Positions 61,759 through 64,000 of a stretch of 64,000 nt of DNA are shown here, piece by piece. The stretch is from an uncultured delta proteobacterium (GTDB lineage: Bacteria; Desulfobacterota; Binatia; UBA9968). The position numbers and the translations under genes were made by a program. The DNA lies in assembly GCA_963728565.1 (NCBI GenBank), contig CAVSLC010000013.1, positions 352,001 to 416,000 of the forward strand, given 5' to 3'. The notes beneath the pieces were generated by a model. It did not search any database. It was given only the letters and a program-made list of their open reading frames with translations, and was not told where the DNA came from. How positions within the stretch are numbered: position 1 is the first letter of the stretch; each line of letters begins with the position of its first letter.

Positions 61759-62236
61759 GGACTGAAGACGGAGGACCGAAGACCGATCACGGTCGTCCGC
61801 CGCCGCGTTCGATCCGAGCTGGAAGGATTGAAAGTCTAAATGCTTTGAAGCTTCTCAACTAATCCCGTATTCCGCAGTGGAACCAAAATGCCGGAAGCGA
61901 GGTCGAATCCTGGAGCAGCCAAGGCGTCCGGCTGTGAAGTTTCAATTATTTTGCGGATCTCGCACGATCGCTGAGTGATCGCTGCTCAGAGGCACAAACC
62001 CATCGACTTCGCTGCGCAAGGGTTCTGCGTCGCGCTTCCTGTCCAATCGCAACTGTGGAATCCGGGCTAATTGAATTCTTGTGATTCCCCGCCTTAATCG
62101 GTACCGAGTTTACTCCAACCGAGCCCTGGACTTCACCCGAGAAAAACCTTCGGCTGGTTGTTTTTTCTCGTACCCAGAGCACAAACCTGATTTCATGCGA
62201 ACGGTTTGAACGGCTTGAACGTTTGCAACTTCCGCC

Positions 62237-63736
62237 TCACAACGCTGTGGTGCTTGCCGGCGGGCGGCGATGATGCGTTGCCTGTTCGTATGCGTAAGCG
62301 AATTTGATCAGGTTTCCGTCATCATAAGGTCGTCCGGTAAAGCAAACACCGGCGGGAAGGTTGTCCCGCGTAAATCCCGCAGGGACGACGATCGCCGGAA
62401 CGAAAACCAGGAATGTGTTCAGATGCGGCGCGCCTTTCTGATCGACGAACGGCGGGTTGACGCCATCTTTGATAAGAGTGGGCTGATGCTCTATCGCCTT
62501 ATGAACGATCGCATCCAGGCGATGGTCGGCCATGACCTTCAGGTAATTCGTCATCAACTCATCTTGCGCCTTGAGATGTTCGTAATGGCTTAGTGGGTCG
62601 GGATTCTTCTTGAATCGGTCTTGCGAACGGCGCACGACCTTGGCGAAATCCGCCGCCGCGATGACCTCTTCACGGGATTTAAACGGGGCTCTGGCGCTTC
62701 GTCCATAATAATTCTGAAAAGACTTGTCCGAGTCACCGGGACCTGAAGATCGCTTGGCCATCAATTCATCGAGCTTGGGAATCGTGATCGGATCTACAAT
62801 TTCGGCGCCGCCGGCCTTGAGATCGGCCACTGCTTTGTCGAACACTTCGCCGATCTTCTTGAAGTCTGCTGAATCCGGTTCGCTGCCGAGGCCAATCGAT
62901 TGGCGCAAGATGCCGATCCGCGCTCCTTTAAGACCATTCTTGTCGAGAAAACGTTTATAGGTCTCGGGAATATGGCTGATCCCGCGCGCGGTGATCGGGT
63001 CCTCCGGATCATACCCGACCATGACGTCCAGCAGAGCGGCCAAGTCTCCCACCGTCCGGGCCATGGGACCCAGCGATCCATTGATCTCGGGCCAACACCC
63101 GTAAACTCCGCCGCGGCTGACCAGGCCTGCCGTCGGACGCATGCCAGTAATGCAGTTCCATGTCGATGGCCGGCGGATCGATGCAAGCCCCTCCTGTCCA
63201 ACACCCAGGGTCGAGTAGTTTGCCGAAACCGCCGCCGCTGAACCGCCGGAGGAACCGCCGACCGTGCGTTCCGTATCATAGGGATTGCGGGTCGAGCCAA
63301 ATAGCGATCCGTGCGTGTCGCCGCCGCCCAATTCACCCAACGTCGCTTTGGCCAGGATCACCGCGCCGGCCTTTTTTAGTTTGTCAGCAACAAACGAGTC
63401 CCGGTCCGGATAGTAATCCTTGAACAACACCGATCCCAAAGTGGTCGGCATGCCTTTGACATCGCCCTGATCCTTGAAGATGACCGGAATGCCGTGCAGC
63501 GGTCCCACGGGACCCGAAGCTTTAAAAGCGGCGTCGAGACGATCTGCTTCCCCCAGCGCCTCGGGATTGATCGTGATGATGGCATTGAGCTGCGGGCTCT
63601 TTTTATCGAAAGCCTCGATGCGATCGAGATACATCTGTACTAGCTGACGGCAAGTCAGCCGGCCTGACTTGTAAGCGGTGTGGACATCGTCGATAGTCGT
63701 TTCAATTATATTAAAAGCAGCATCGGACTGAGCCAT
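62237..63736 (-). CDS. Amidase signature family protein
   Basis: GPLHGIP...KD, GGSSGGS, SIR.PS motifs. Confidence 0.93.
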   Translation of the reverse strand: MAQSDAAFNIIETTIDDVHTAYKSGRLTCRQLVQMYLDRIEAFDKKSPQLNAIITINPEALGEADRLDAAFKASGPVGPLHGIPVIFKDQGDVKGMPTTLGSVLFKDYYPDRDSFVADKLKKAGAVILAKATLGELGGGDTHGSLFGSTRNPYDTERTVGGSSGGSAAAVSANYSTLGVGQEGLASIRRPSTWNCITGMRPTAGLVSRGGVYGCWPEINGSLGPMARTVGDLAALLDVMVGYDPEDPITARGISHIPETYKRFLDKNGLKGARIGILRQSIGLGSEPDSADFKKIGEVFDKAVADLKAGGAEIVDPITIPKLDELMAKRSSGPGDSDKSFQNYYGRSARAPFKSREEVIAAADFAKVVRRSQDRFKKNPDPLSHYEHLKAQDELMTNYLKVMADHRLDAIVHKAIEHQPTLIKDGVNPPFVDQKGAPHLNTFLVFVPAIVVPAGFTRDNLPAGVCFTGRPYDDGNLIKFAYAYEQATHHRRPPASTTAL

Positions 63737-64000
63737 GGTATGAACTCCTTTTGATTGCCCTTCGTTCCTTAACTTCTGATATTTAAACCCGGTGAAAATG
63801 TCCAGTAGTTTTAATCGGCCGAGTTTGCTTTCCCTGGATCTCTACGTAAACAGTTGGTGCCGGCCTCCTAGTCTCTTCCAGAGTTTCGAGCGGGAAAGAC
63901 ATTCGCGTATGAAAGCGTGTTTCGTTTTAACAAGACCAGGCCTGTGTGCAATCTAGGTTGTATCCGTATGCACTTGGGTTCGCGCGGCAACCCAAACTCG

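Noticed and set aside
61800-62200. Possible gene remnant between the DUF35 and amidase genes
   Set aside because: Short open stretches on the minus strand with no recognisable motif or RBS
52589-62230. CRISPR array
   Set aside because: Repeats are short, degenerate and lack regular unique spacers; no cas genes

Overview
This is a 64-kb bacterial chromosomal segment of moderately high GC. The gene repertoire (many orphan NMT1/SsuA-type binding proteins, amidohydrolase_2, ornithine-cyclodeaminase and LLM paralogs, intergenic palindromic repeats) suggests a deltaproteobacterial-grade organism such as Candidatus Binatia; this is inference only. The first 10 kb is housekeeping: the 5' end of rho, rluD, ribF, tolQ-R-A-B-pal-cpoB, pgk-tpiA-secG and tRNA-Leu(GAG). 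The rest is mostly catabolic or accessory genes, with a second housekeeping patch (uup, maf, dus, asmA, tRNA-Gly(GCC), pgsA, slt, NUDIX). At least nine genes, including tolB, are broken by small indels, mostly insertions, which most likely reflects long-read sequencing error. No integrase, transposase, CRISPR array or rRNA was found. Most notable: (i) a secreted protein made of two tandem subtilase-propeptide-like (I9) domains with no protease domain; (ii) three sigma54 promoters, two sharing a TGTC-N8-GAC(A/C) upstream site, driving small uncharacterised genes; (iii) five substrate-binding-fold proteins with no ABC permease, one lacking a signal peptide; (iv) several orphan catalytic subunits (PpcA-like UbiD, PaaA-like diiron protein, xanthine-dehydrogenase-family Mo subunit, CADD-like oxidase); (v) a decayed SIR2-like/toxin/DUF2283 islet next to an attC-like inverted element. 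All family assignments are from motif recognition, not database searches.
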